Shown here piece after piece: positions 51,776-64,000 of a stretch of DNA of 64,000 nucleotides (position 1 is its first letter; each line of letters opens with the position of its first letter). The stretch spans positions 35,312-99,311 of the forward strand of contig CAVJHQ010000001.1 of the NCBI GenBank assembly GCA_963649365.1. The letters run 5' to 3'. Made by a program: the position numbers and the translations under genes. This DNA comes from Alloprevotella sp. Its GTDB lineage: Bacteria; Actinomycetota; Coriobacteriia; Coriobacteriales; Atopobiaceae. The notes beneath the pieces are model-generated. The model ran no database searches. It saw only the letters and a program-made list of their open reading frames with translations, and was not told the origin of the DNA.

Positions 51776-54385
51776 GTGAAGGAGACCTTCGACATCCAGG
51801 GCATGACCTGCGCCGCGTGCTCGTCGCGCGTGCAGAAAGCCGCCGCCGGCGTGCCCGGCGTGGCCGAGGCCAACGTCAACCTGCTCAAGAACTCGATGGA
51901 GCTCGACTTCGACGGCGAGGACGCCACGGCCGCGGCCGTCGTCGCGGCTATCGAGAAGGCGGGCTACGGCGCGTCGCGGCGCGCGAGGGCGACGGCGGGG
52001 AAGGTTGCCGCCGCGCCGGCGCAGGCACCCGGCGACGCCGCGGCCAAGGCCGTCCATGAGCGCTTCGTGCAGCTCGTCGTGTCCGTCTGCTTCTCGGTCC
52101 CGCTCTTCTACATCGCGATGGGCCCCATGTTCGGCTGGCCGGAGGTGCCCGGCCTCGACGGCATGGCGAACATGATGGCCTCGACCGTCACGCAGCTGCT
52201 GCTCTGCATCCCCATCCTCTTCGTGAACCGCCGCTACTTCGTCGTCGGCTTCAAGACGCTCTGGCACCGCTCGCCCAACATGGACTCGCTCATCGCCATC
52301 GGGTCGGCCGCGAGCTTCGCCTACAGCGTCGTCAGCGTCTACAAGATGGCCTGGGCCTTCGGCGCCATGGACATGGAGGCGGCCCACGCGGCCATGAACG
52401 GCCTCTACCTCGACTCCGCGGGCATGATCTTGGCGTTGATCGACCTCGGCAAGTACTTCGAGGCCCGCGCCAAGGGCAAGACGACCGACGCCATCTCCGC
52501 GCTCATGGACTTGGCGCCCAAGACGGCGCGCGTCCAGCGCGACGGCGCCGAGGTGGAGATCCCCACCGATGACGTTATGGTGGGGGACCGCGTGGTCGTG
52601 CGGGCCGGCGAGTCGGTGCCGGTGGACGGCCGCGTGGTCGAGGGCGCGGCGTCTCTCGACGAGTCGGCCATCACGGGCGAGCCCGTTCCCGTCGAGAAGG
52701 GCGTGGGCGACCGCGTGACGGGCGCGACCACCTCTACCCGCGGCTGGTTCGTCCTGGAGGCCACGGCCACGGGCGACGACACGACGCTCGCGGGCATCAT
52801 CCGCCTGGTCGACGAGGCCACGAGCTCCAAGGCCCCGATCGAGCGCATGGCCGATAAGATCGCGGGCGTGTTCGTGCCCGCCGTCATGGGCATCGCCGCC
52901 CTCACCTTCGTCGTGTGGATGGCCGTCGCGGGCGACTTCGCGACCGCGCTCAACCACTGCATCAGCGTCCTCGTGATCAGCTGCCCGTGCGCGCTCGGGC
53001 TCGCCACGCCCACGGCCATCATGGTGGGCACGGGCCGCGGCGCCGCCAACGGCATCCTCATCAAGTCGGCCGAGTCGCTCGAGGGCGCCTGCGCGCTCGA
53101 CTACGTGGTGCTCGACAAGACCGGCACCGTGACGGCCGGTAAGCCCCAGGTCACCGACGTCGAGCTCGTGGCCGGAACGGACGAGCGCGAGCTTGTGCGC
53201 CTGGCCGCCGCGCTCGAGCGCAAGAGCGAGCACCCGCTCGCCGAGGCCGTCTGCGCCTTTGCGGACGACGCCTGGCCGGGCGTCGACGCCGACGCGCGCG
53301 TCGAGGGGTTCTCCCAGGTCGCGGGCGCGGGCCTCGTCGCCCGCGTGGACGGCCGCGCGGTCGCCGCCGGCAACGCCCGCCTCATGGGGGAGCGGCGCGT
53401 GGCCCTGGGCGCCCTCGCCGAGCGGGCCCGCGCGCTCGCGGCCGAGGGCAAGACCGTGCTCTTCTTCGCCGCCGACGGGCATGCGCTCGGCCTTATCGCC
53501 GTGGCCGACCCCGTCAAGCCCACGAGCGCCGCGGCGGTCTCCCGCCTGCGCGGGATGGGCGTGAAGACCCTGCTGCTCACGGGCGACGCGCAGATCACGG
53601 CCGAGGCTGTGGCGCGGCAGGTGGGCGTGGACGACGTGGTCGCGGGCGTCCTGCCCGACCAGAAGGAGGTCCGCGTCCGCGAGCTCCAGCAGGCGGGGCA
53701 CCGCGTGGCCATGGTCGGCGACGGCATCAACGACGCGCCGGCGCTCGTCCGCGCCGACGTGGGCATCGCCATCGGCGCCGGCACGGACGTGGCGATAAGC
53801 TCCGCCGACGTGGTCCTCATGCGCTCGGACCCCGCCGACGTCGCCCGCGCGATCGAGCTTTCCCGCGCCACGATGAGAAACATCAAGCAGAACCTCTTCT
53901 GGGCGCTGTTCTACAACGCCGTGTGCATCCCGGTGGCGGCGGGTGTGCTGGTGGGCGCGGGCATCACGCTCAACCCGATGATCGGCGCTGCCGCCATGGG
54001 CTTCTCGTCGGTCTTCGTGGTGGGCAACGCGCTCAGGCTGCGCGCCTGGAAGCCGAGCGGGGAGGCCGCCGCCGCGGCGGGCAATCCCCCGGCGGGCGAG
54101 GGCGCGAGCGCGGGGCAGGCAAAGGTATCCATCCGCACGGGCATCGAGGTCCCGGCAGACGACAGCAAGGAGAATACGATGGAGAAGACGATCAAGGTCG
54201 AGGGCATGATGTGCCAGCACTGCGTGAAGCACGTGACCGAGGCGCTCTCGGGCGTGGCCGGGGTCGAGTCGGTCGAGGTCAGCCTCGAGGCCGGCACGGC
54301 GAAGGTCTCCTGTGCGGCGGACGTGGCCGACGAGGCGCTTCTCGCCGCCGTGCGCGCCGCCGACTACGAGTGCAAGATGGCCTAA
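51776..54385 (+). CDS. copA: Cu(I)-exporting P1B-type ATPase with N- and C-terminal HMA domains
   Basis: [38 protein letters not shown]-terminal GMMCQHC. Confidence 0.95.
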   Translation: MKETFDIQGMTCAACSSRVQKAAAGVPGVAEANVNLLKNSMELDFDGEDATAAAVVAAIEKAGYGASRRARATAGKVAAAPAQAPGDAAAKAVHERFVQLVVSVCFSVPLFYIAMGPMFGWPEVPGLDGMANMMASTVTQLLLCIPILFVNRRYFVVGFKTLWHRSPNMDSLIAIGSAASFAYSVVSVYKMAWAFGAMDMEAAHAAMNGLYLDSAGMILALIDLGKYFEARAKGKTTDAISALMDLAPKTARVQRDGAEVEIPTDDVMVGDRVVVRAGESVPVDGRVVEGAASLDESAITGEPVPVEKGVGDRVTGATTSTRGWFVLEATATGDDTTLAGIIRLVDEATSSKAPIERMADKIAGVFVPAVMGIAALTFVVWMAVAGDFATALNHCISVLVISCPCALGLATPTAIMVGTGRGAANGILIKSAESLEGACALDYVVLDKTGTVTAGKPQVTDVELVAGTDERELVRLAAALERKSEHPLAEAVCAFADDAWPGVDADARVEGFSQVAGAGLVARVDGRAVAAGNARLMGERRVALGALAERARALAAEGKTVLFFAADGHALGLIAVADPVKPTSAAAVSRLRGMGVKTLLLTGDAQITAEAVARQVGVDDVVAGVLPDQKEVRVRELQQAGHRVAMVGDGINDAPALVRADVGIAIGAGTDVAISSADVVLMRSDPADVARAIELSRATMRNIKQNLFWALFYNAVCIPVAAGVLVGAGITLNPMIGAAAMGFSSVFVVGNALRLRAWKPSGEAAAAAGNPPAGEGASAGQAKVSIRTGIEVPADDSKENTMEKTIKVEGMMCQHCVKHVTEALSGVAGVESVEVSLEAGTAKVSCAADVADEALLAAVRAADYECKMA
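54179..54385 (+). CDS. Candidate nested in-frame CopZ-like chaperone (68 aa)
   Basis: AAGGAG (54167-54172), 6-nt spacer, ATG 54179; [15 protein letters not shown] is a complete HMA domain. Confidence 0.5.
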   Translation: MEKTIKVEGMMCQHCVKHVTEALSGVAGVESVEVSLEAGTAKVSCAADVADEALLAAVRAADYECKMA

Positions 54386-54448
54386 AGGCTGGGGCTCCGA
54401 ATCGCCCGGTTTCTCGCGAGGGGGCCGGGCGTTTTGCACCTACACTAA

Positions 54449-57101
<2,653 letters not shown>

Positions 57102-57439
57102 CTGGGCATGCTCCCTGGGTGAGCAACTGGTACCTCATAATGAGACCATTCAGCTTGTTTTCAAGAAGAGCCTGCATGAGATTCCGCCGAAAGGCGCGGT
57201 TTTACCGACGAGCGCGTACGCGGGGGAACACGGGCTTTCGGCCTTCGAGGCGCGCTGCGCGGCGCTTCTCGCCGGATGCCCGCGTCCTGCGTTTTGCGCG
57301 ACGGCTGTGGTTTTGTGTTTAAGCTCGTTAAAAGCGTCGAGCAGGATTGATGCAGGCTGCCGACCTGGGGCTTTACCTGCAGCTGATTTTCAGCCTCTCC
57401 CGATACCCTTTCTTCAGGCACCTGAGGAAAGGAGCTGCC

Positions 57440-58159
57440 GTGGGCATACCCCAATCTAAGCACCAGCTCGTGTTCGAGCGCAGGGAGATCAAGTTCCTCC
57501 TGGACGATTCCCAGCGCGCGGCCCTCGAGGCGGCCTTGTCGGGACGCGTGGTTCCCGACGAGCACGGCCCCTCGACCGTCCGCAACGTCTATTACGACAC
57601 CCCGACCGCCCTTCTTGCCAGGAGGTCGGCAGAGCACCCCGCCTACAAGGAGAAGGTGAGGACGCGCTGCTACGGGGCCCCGCACCCCTTCGACCCCGTC
57701 TTCGTCGAGCTCAAGAAGAAGTGCGACGGCGTCGTGTACAAGCGCCGCTGCGAGCTCCCGGCTACCGACGCCGCCGAGCTCCTGGCCGGCCGCGGCCGGC
57801 CGACCACGCAGATCGAGCGCGAGCTCGACTGGACCTGCCGCCGGTACGAGGGCCTGCGGCCCACGGCCTACCTCGCCTACGACCGGGTCGCCTGCTACGC
57901 GCGCGGCGACCGCGACCTGCGCCTGACCTTCGACCGCGACGTGCGCGTGCGCTGGGACGACGTGAGGCTCTCCGGCCCCGACGCGGGTGCCCGGGTGCTC
58001 GGGCCCGGCGTCTCGATCCTGGAGATAAAGACCTCGAAGGCCCTGCCGATCTGGCTCGTGCGCGCCCTCGGGGCCGTCGGCGCGCGCAAATCGAGCTTCT
58101 CGAAGTACGGGCGCGCATGGGAGCTGCGCGGGATCGATTCGCTTCTGACCTGCGCATAG
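57440..58159 (+). CDS. VTC (polyphosphate polymerase, CYTH/TTM fold) domain protein
   Basis: RREIKF, VYYDT, KVRTRCY, FVELKKK, YDR, RLTFD, ILEIK, FSKY; GTG after AAGGAG. Confidence 0.88.
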   Translation: MGIPQSKHQLVFERREIKFLLDDSQRAALEAALSGRVVPDEHGPSTVRNVYYDTPTALLARRSAEHPAYKEKVRTRCYGAPHPFDPVFVELKKKCDGVVYKRRCELPATDAAELLAGRGRPTTQIERELDWTCRRYEGLRPTAYLAYDRVACYARGDRDLRLTFDRDVRVRWDDVRLSGPDAGARVLGPGVSILEIKTSKALPIWLVRALGAVGARKSSFSKYGRAWELRGIDSLLTCA

Positions 58160-58216
58160 GCTCGCTGCCTTCTTTCGTATGCATCGCCAAGACCCACCGA
58201 ACAAGAGGAGAAACCA

Positions 58217-58897
58217 ATGCTCACCTCCGTCTACGCGGACCTCTCGCTCGAGGCGTCCGACCTCGCCTCCCTCGCCGTCTGCATCCTGTGCGCCCTCGCG
58301 CTCGGCGTCGGCCTCGCCTTCTGCCACTGCGCCCGCGGCCGCTCGACGCGCTCGCTCGCGTGCACCCTGGCGGTGCTGCCCGCGATGGTCTGCGTCGTCA
58401 TCGCCCTCGTCGACGGCAGCGTCGGCGCGGGCATAGCGGTGGCCGGCGCCTTCTCGCTCGTGCGCTTCCGCAGCGTGCCCGGCAGCGCCCGCGACATGGG
58501 CTTCGTGTTCCTCGCCATGTGCGTCGGCCTCGCCTGCGGCATGGGCTACCTGGCCGTCGCCGCGATGACGACGGTGCTTGTGGGCGGGGCCTACCTGGCC
58601 TTCGGCGCGCTCGGCCTCGGCGGGCGGGCGTGCGAGCGCTCCCGTACCCTGCGCGTGAGCGTGCCCGAGGACCTGGACTACACGGGCCTCTTCGACGACC
58701 TTCTTGCCGCTTATGCCAGGACGCACCGCCTGACCTCGGTGAAGACGGCAAACATGGGCAGCCTCTACAAGCTCACCTACGACCTTGAGCTCGCGCCCGG
58801 CGCGAGCGAGCGCGAGCTGATCGACGCCGTGCGCTGCCGCAACGGCAACCTCGAGGTCGCGCTGAGCTACGGGGAGGCGATCGTCAATGAGCTCTAG
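58217..58897 (+). CDS. DUF4956 membrane protein
   Basis: GIAVAGAFSLVRFRS.PG, GLACGMG, VPEDLDY, RCRNGNL. Confidence 0.88.
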   Translation: MLTSVYADLSLEASDLASLAVCILCALALGVGLAFCHCARGRSTRSLACTLAVLPAMVCVVIALVDGSVGAGIAVAGAFSLVRFRSVPGSARDMGFVFLAMCVGLACGMGYLAVAAMTTVLVGGAYLAFGALGLGGRACERSRTLRVSVPEDLDYTGLFDDLLAAYARTHRLTSVKTANMGSLYKLTYDLELAPGASERELIDAVRCRNGNLEVALSYGEAIVNEL

Positions 58898-60701
58898 GAA
58901 CCTGGCAAGAAGGGCCTGCGCGGCCGGCCTCGCGGCGGCGCTGTGCGCCCTGCCGCTCGCGGCGTGCTCTCGCGCGGCCGCCGTCTCCGGCGCCGAGGCC
59001 TCCGGGGCGTCCGTCTCCTCAGCTGAGCTGCCGTCTTCCTCCGGGGACATGGCCCACCTGCTGACGGCGACGGATTACGTGAGCGACCGCGACCTCGACC
59101 CGAGCTACGAGGCGGACGAGGCGACGACGATCGTGCTCGCGGACGACGGCTGCGCGGTCGCCGGCGGCGGGGCCTCGGCGGAGGGCTCGACGGTGACCAT
59201 CACCGAGGCGGGCACCTATGTGATCTCGGGGTCCCTCTCCGACGGCCAGCTCGTGGTCGACGCCGACGGCGAGAAGGTCCAGCTCGTGCTCGACGGGGCG
59301 AGCGTGACGAGCGCCGACTCCGCGGCGCTGCTCGTCCGCGCGGCGAAGAAGGTCTGGGTCACGCTCGCCGACGGCACGCAGAGCGCGCTCGCCACGGCAG
59401 GGGAGTACGCCGCCGACGGCGAGCTGAACGTCGACGGCGCCGTGTTCTGCAAGGCCGACCTCACCGTCAACGGCGGGGGCTCCCTTACGGTGAGCTCGTC
59501 GACGGGCCACGGCATCGTCTGCAAAGACGAGCTCGTCCTCGTTTCCGGCGAAGTGACGGTCGACGCGGCCCGGCACGCGATTCAGGCGAAGGACGCGCTC
59601 TGCGCCGTCGGCGGCTCCTGGAGCCTCACGGCCGGCACCGACGGGATCCACTGCGGCTCGGACGACGACGCGGATTCGGGGGTCGTCCTTATCGTCGGCG
59701 GGTCCTTCTCCATAACGGCCGCCTCGGACGGCGTCGACGCGGCGGGCACGCTCGAGGTCGACGGCGGGGAGCTGAGCGTCGCCGCGGGCGACGACGGCGT
59801 GCATTCCGAGCGCGCCCTGCAGGTCGACGGGGGCGTCGTCACGGTGAGCGAGAGCTACGAGGGGCTCGAGGGCGCGACGGTGACCGTCAACGGCGGCGCG
59901 GTCGACGTGACCTCGTCGGACGACGGCATCAACGCCGCCGGCGACCCGGTCGACGGGGAGTCGGCCACCGGCTCCGATACCGCGCTCGACCCGGTCGACG
60001 GGGAGTCGGCCGCCGGCCCCGACGCCGCGGGCCCGGCCGCCGAGGGGGCCGCGCCCGACGGCGCGGCGTCTCCCGGCCTTGCCGACGGCGCGCCCGGGGC
60101 GGGCGCCGAGCCGCCGTCGGGCGACGACGGCCAGGGCCGCCAGGCCGGGGGCATGGACGATTACGACGAGACGGCCCGGGTCTCCATCAACGGCGGCTCG
60201 ATCGTCGTCTGCGCGGGAGGCGACGGCATCGACTCCAACGGGGACCTGTACGTCACGGGCGGCGAGACCTATGTATTCGGCCCGACGTCGGACGGCGACG
60301 GGTCCCTCGATTTCCCCGGCACGGGGACGATATCGGGCGGCGTCGTCGTGTGCGCCGGCTCGGCGGGCATGGCGCAGAACTTCTCTGATTCCTCGGCTCA
60401 GGGGTCCTTGCTGCTCTCCGCGTCCGGCGAGGAGGGCGACGAGATCAGCCTCACGGACGCCGACGGCGCCGAGCTCGCCGCCTGCACGGCGCGCCGCTCC
60501 TATTCCTGCGTACTCGTCTCGGCGCCGGGCATCGCGGCGGGCTCCGAGTACACGCTCCGCTATGGCGACGGGTCGGCCCAGGTCGTGCCGGAGACGCTCG
60601 TCTACACGGGCGTCGTGGGGGCGCAGGCCCCGACGGGGGCGCCCGGCGGCCCGGGGGAGGACCCCGGCCGTCCCGGCGACGGCGGCTCGGGCTCGGCGTA
60701 G
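58887..60701 (+). CDS. Cthe_2159-like beta-helix carbohydrate-binding lipoprotein
   Basis: LAAC lipobox; TITEAGTYVISGSLSDGQ; repeated DG(I/V) units; SYEGLEG; GDGIDSNG. Confidence 0.85.
   Translation: MSSRNLARRACAAGLAAALCALPLAACSRAAAVSGAEASGASVSSAELPSSSGDMAHLLTATDYVSDRDLDPSYEADEATTIVLADDGCAVAGGGASAEGSTVTITEAGTYVISGSLSDGQLVVDADGEKVQLVLDGASVTSADSAALLVRAAKKVWVTLADGTQSALATAGEYAADGELNVDGAVFCKADLTVNGGGSLTVSSSTGHGIVCKDELVLVSGEVTVDAARHAIQAKDALCAVGGSWSLTAGTDGIHCGSDDDADSGVVLIVGGSFSITAASDGVDAAGTLEVDGGELSVAAGDDGVHSERALQVDGGVVTVSESYEGLEGATVTVNGGAVDVTSSDDGINAAGDPVDGESATGSDTALDPVDGESAAGPDAAGPAAEGAAPDGAASPGLADGAPGAGAEPPSGDDGQGRQAGGMDDYDETARVSINGGSIVVCAGGDGIDSNGDLYVTGGETYVFGPTSDGDGSLDFPGTGTISGGVVVCAGSAGMAQNFSDSSAQGSLLLSASGEEGDEISLTDADGAELAACTARRSYSCVLVSAPGIAAGSEYTLRYGDGSAQVVPETLVYTGVVGAQAPTGAPGGPGEDPGRPGDGGSGSA
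59942..60011 (+). repeat. 25-bp direct repeat at 45-bp spacing (DPVDGESA twice)
   Basis: cgacccggtcgacggggagtcggcc at 59942 and 59987. Confidence 0.8.
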
Positions 60702-61108
60702 GGCTAAATGCGGCATCCCTGCGACCAAAGCGGGCTGCGCCGGGCAGCCGCCCATGAGGCGATGTGAAACCCGCAGGTAAACGAGGCGCGCGCCTTCCGG
60801 CTACCGAGAAGCGCCGGCTTTGTCGGCAGGGTTGTCGAACTCTTGGCCGGGGAATCCCCGGGATACGGGGAGCCTGGGGCGACGGTTCGGCAACACGCGT
60901 GGCGAAACAGATTTCCCTTACGTTTCCCTCCCAATTCAGGCACATATCGGCGCGGCAACGCGCGTGTCAACGTCCCGTAGCGACTTCGTCTCGCTTTGCC
61001 GCCGGCAAGGAAAACGCCCCTAAACTCAAAACCCAGCATTTGTGTACTGTCGCCGAGCGCCGCCTGTGCCCGATGGGCCGGCGGCGCCCGACAAGGAGAG
61101 GAAACCCC

Positions 61109-64000
61109 ATGACCCAACGTGAGGACAAGACCCGGCAGCCGGGCCTCTACCGCAGCGAGTTCGAGCACGACGCCTGCGGCATCGGCGCCATCGCCCACCT
61201 CAAGGGTGTCCGCAGCCACCAGACCCTCGACGACGCGCTCTCGGTCCTCGTCAACCTCGAGCACCGCGGCGGCAAGGGCCTTGAGCGCAACACCGGCGAC
61301 GGCGCCGGCGTGCTCTTCCAGATCCCGCACCGCTTCTTCCGCAAGGAGGCGCAGAAGGAGGGCCAGCTGCTCCCCGACGAGGGCGACTACGGCGTGGCCA
61401 TGCTCTTCTTCCCGCACGACGACGCCCAGGGCGTCGCCGACGCCAAGCGCGTCTTCGAGGAGGGCTGCGCCAAGTGCGGCGTGCCGCTGATGTTCTGGCG
61501 AGAGGTGCCCGTCGACCCCCACGACCTCGGCGACTCCGCCCGGGCCTGCATGCCGACCATCCTGCAGGCGTTCCTTCGCCGCCCCGAGGGCGTCGAGCGC
61601 GGCCAGGACTTCGAGCGCAAGCTCTACGTCACGCGCCGCACCATCGAGCGCGCCGCCGACGCGAACCCCGCGCTTACCGGCAAGATCTTCTACGTGTGCT
61701 CCATGTCCACCCGCACCATCGTGTACAAGGGCATGCTCGTGGCCACGCAGATGCGCCGCTTCTTCATCGACCTGAACGACGCCGCCGTCGAGACCGCGCT
61801 CGCGCTCGTGCACTCCCGCTACTCCACGAACACCACGCCTTCCTGGGAGCGCGCGCACCCGAACCGCTACATCATCCACAACGGCGAGATCAACACCCTG
61901 CGCGGCAACGTGTCCTGGATCCGCGCGCGCGAGCCGCACCTCTACAGCCCGGTGCTCGGCGCCGACCTCGAGCAGGTCATGCCCGTGATCAACAAGGAGG
62001 GCTCGGACTCCGCGATCCTCGACAACGTGCTCGAGTTCCTCACCATGAACGGGCGGCCCCTGGACCGCGCCGTCACGCTCATGATCCCCGAGCCTTGGGA
62101 CAAGAACCCCAACCTCTCGGACAAGCGCCGCAGCTACGACGCCTACCAGTCCATGCTCATGGAGCCCTGGGACGGCCCGGCCGCCATCGCCTTCACCGAC
62201 GGCAAGCTCTTCGGCGCCGCCCTCGACCGCAACGGCCTGCGCCCGGCGCGCTACTACGTCACCCGCGACGACCGCATCATCCTCTCGTCCGAGGTCGGCA
62301 CCATCGACGTCGACCCCACGAACATCCAGCAGGCCGGCTGCCTCGGCCCCGGCGAGATGCTCGAGGTCGACCCCGACCAGGGCCGCGTGATCTGGAACGA
62401 CGAGATCCGCGACAAGTACGCCAACCAGAAGCCGTTCCGCGACTGGCTCGACGACGAGACCCTCGACATCTCCGACCTGCGCGAGCCGTCCGCCGGCGAG
62501 CTCGGCGAGAAGCGCGACGAGGGCATCTCCCTCACCACCCGCATGGCCAAGCTCGGCTACCACTACGACGACGTCGACGAGGCCATCCGCCCGATGGCCG
62601 CGGCCGCCAAGGTGCCGCTGGCCTCCATGGGCGTCGACAGCCCGCTCGCGTGCCTCTCCAAGAAGACCCGCTCGTTCTTCGACTACTTCCACCAGCTCTT
62701 CGCCCAGGTCACGAACCCGCCGATCGACGCGCTGCGCGAGAACCTCGTGACCTCCCAGGTGCTCTACCTCGGCAACCACGGCAACCTCCTCGAGGACTGC
62801 CGCGACAACTGCCGCCTCGTGCGCCTGCAGGGCCCGATGCTCTCCCGCGACGCCTTCGATCGCATCTGCGCCATCGACCGCGTCGGCTTCAAGACCGTGC
62901 GCCTCTCTGCGACCTACCGCCGCGACGGCGACGCGGACGCCCTGAAGCACGCGCTCGACGCCCTCGCGCTCGACGCCGAGGCCGCGATCCACGCCGGCGC
63001 GAACATCATCGTGATCTCCGACCGCGCCGCCGCCGGCGAGGTCCCCATCCCGTCGCTGCTCGCCCTCGGCTGCGTGCACAACCACCTCATCTCGGTGGGC
63101 CTGCGCATGGACGCCGACCTCGTGGTCGAGACGGGCGACGCCGTGAACGCCCACGACTACGCCTGCCTCGTCGGCTACTCCGCCAGCGGCATCTACCCCT
63201 ACATGGCCCACGAGTGCATCGCCGACCTGTGCGAGAAGGGCGCCATCGACCTTCCCGCCGAGGAGGCCCAGGCCAACTACAACCGCGCCGTGACGGCCGG
63301 CATCACCTCGATCATGTCCAAGATGGGCATCTCGACCATGCAGGGCTACCACTCCGCCCAGATCTTCGAGATCCTGGGCCTCGCCGACGAGGTCGTCGAC
63401 GAGTACTTCACCGCCACCGCGACCCGCATCGGCGGCCTCACCGTGGCCGACATCCAGCGCGAGCAGAACGACCGCTACGACGCGGCCCTCGCCCTGGCCA
63501 AGACCCCCTCGCCCGAGCAGCTGCCGACCCTCGGCATCACCAAGTGGCGCCCGCTGGACGGCGAGGAGCACCTCATCGACCCCAAGACCGTCTACCTGCT
63601 GCAGCACTCCTGCCGCGAGGGGGACTACGAGGAGTTCAAGGAGTACTCCGCCTGGACGCACCGCGCCGGCCGCGCCGTCACCCTGCGCGACCTCATGGAC
63701 TTCGACGCCTCCGGCCGCACCCCGGTCGCCCTCGACGAGGTCGAGCCCGTCGAGTCCATCATGACCCGCTTCAACACCGGCGCCATGTCCTACGGCTCCA
63801 TCTCCCGCGAGCAGCACGAGTGCCTGGCCATCGCCATGAACCGTATCCACGGCCGCTCCAACACCGGCGAGGGCGGCGAGGACCCGGCGCGCGAGACGCC
63901 GCTGCCCAACGGCGACTCCAAGAAGAGCGCCATCAAGCAGGTCGCCTCCGGCCGCTTCGGCGTGACCTCGCGCTACCTGCGCTCCGCCATCGAGATCCAG
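61109..64000 (+). CDS. gltB: Glutamate synthase large subunit, 5' part (runs off window end)
   Basis: Read directly: ATG 61109 after AAGGAG; EHDACGIG, HRGG, GDGAG, HSRYSTNT, HNGEIN, EPWDGPA, FAQVTNPP, GAMSYGSIS; missing from the ORF track because there is no stop in the window. Confidence 0.96.
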   Translation, partial: MTQREDKTRQPGLYRSEFEHDACGIGAIAHLKGVRSHQTLDDALSVLVNLEHRGGKGLERNTGDGAGVLFQIPHRFFRKEAQKEGQLLPDEGDYGVAMLFFPHDDAQGVADAKRVFEEGCAKCGVPLMFWREVPVDPHDLGDSARACMPTILQAFLRRPEGVERGQDFERKLYVTRRTIERAADANPALTGKIFYVCSMSTRTIVYKGMLVATQMRRFFIDLNDAAVETALALVHSRYSTNTTPSWERAHPNRYIIHNGEINTLRGNVSWIRAREPHLYSPVLGADLEQVMPVINKEGSDSAILDNVLEFLTMNGRPLDRAVTLMIPEPWDKNPNLSDKRRSYDAYQSMLMEPWDGPAAIAFTDGKLFGAALDRNGLRPARYYVTRDDRIILSSEVGTIDVDPTNIQQAGCLGPGEMLEVDPDQGRVIWNDEIRDKYANQKPFRDWLDDETLDISDLREPSAGELGEKRDEGISLTTRMAKLGYHYDDVDEAIRPMAAAAKVPLASMGVDSPLACLSKKTRSFFDYFHQLFAQVTNPPIDALRENLVTSQVLYLGNHGNLLEDCRDNCRLVRLQGPMLSRDAFDRICAIDRVGFKTVRLSATYRRDGDADALKHALDALALDAEAAIHAGANIIVISDRAAAGEVPIPSLLALGCVHNHLISVGLRMDADLVVETGDAVNAHDYACLVGYSASGIYPYMAHECIADLCEKGAIDLPAEEAQANYNRAVTAGITSIMSKMGISTMQGYHSAQIFEILGLADEVVDEYFTATATRIGGLTVADIQREQNDRYDAALALAKTPSPEQLPTLGITKWRPLDGEEHLIDPKTVYLLQHSCREGDYEEFKEYSAWTHRAGRAVTLRDLMDFDASGRTPVALDEVEPVESIMTRFNTGAMSYGSISREQHECLAIAMNRIHGRSNTGEGGEDPARETPLPNGDSKKSAIKQVASGRFGVTSRYLRSAIEIQ

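Noticed and set aside
60704..63850. 1048-aa minus-strand ORF
   Set aside because: Antisense shadow of gltB, which is the real gene on the + strand

Overview
A very GC-rich, gene-dense bacterial chromosome segment, almost entirely encoded on the + strand. Gene content (actinobacterial-type GlnR, SigB/F-type sigma, alaS-ruvX-mltG, efp-asp23-nusB, RR-motif lipoproteins) suggests an anaerobic actinobacterium of the Coriobacteriia; this is an inference. In order: the 3' end of argD; an accessory signalling module (PP2C phosphatase, membrane Ser/Thr kinase, small membrane protein, large Ig-repeat surface protein, XRE regulator); an MFS transporter; a run of phosphohydrolases; dgt and rarA; an anti-sigma/sigma operon; alaS-ruvX-mltG-yqeG-aroK-aroB-like-pepP; a manXYZ+DUF956 PTS operon; efp-asp23-nusB-xseB-tlyA-nadK-recN; a bacterial PARG; a nitrogen block (GlnA-like, polar amino-acid ABC transporter, GlnR); htrA; DUF2130; csoR-copA; ligA; an orphan HicB-like gene; a VTC-DUF4956-Cthe_2159 operon; and the 5' part of gltB. 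No rRNA, tRNA, CRISPR array, transposase or integrase was seen. Most notable: (1) an intact glutamine synthetase homolog lacking 4 of 6 metal ligands next to GlnR, a candidate pseudo-enzyme nitrogen sensor; (2) a CopZ-like ORF nested in-frame at the end of copA behind its own RBS, plus a distant CsoR-box gene; (3) the kinase/phosphatase/Ig-repeat module; (4) the VTC operon; (5) further apparent pseudo-enzymes (AroB-like, ATP-grasp, RsbW-like) and intergenic inverted-repeat elements. All protein calls come from motif recognition by eye, not database searches.
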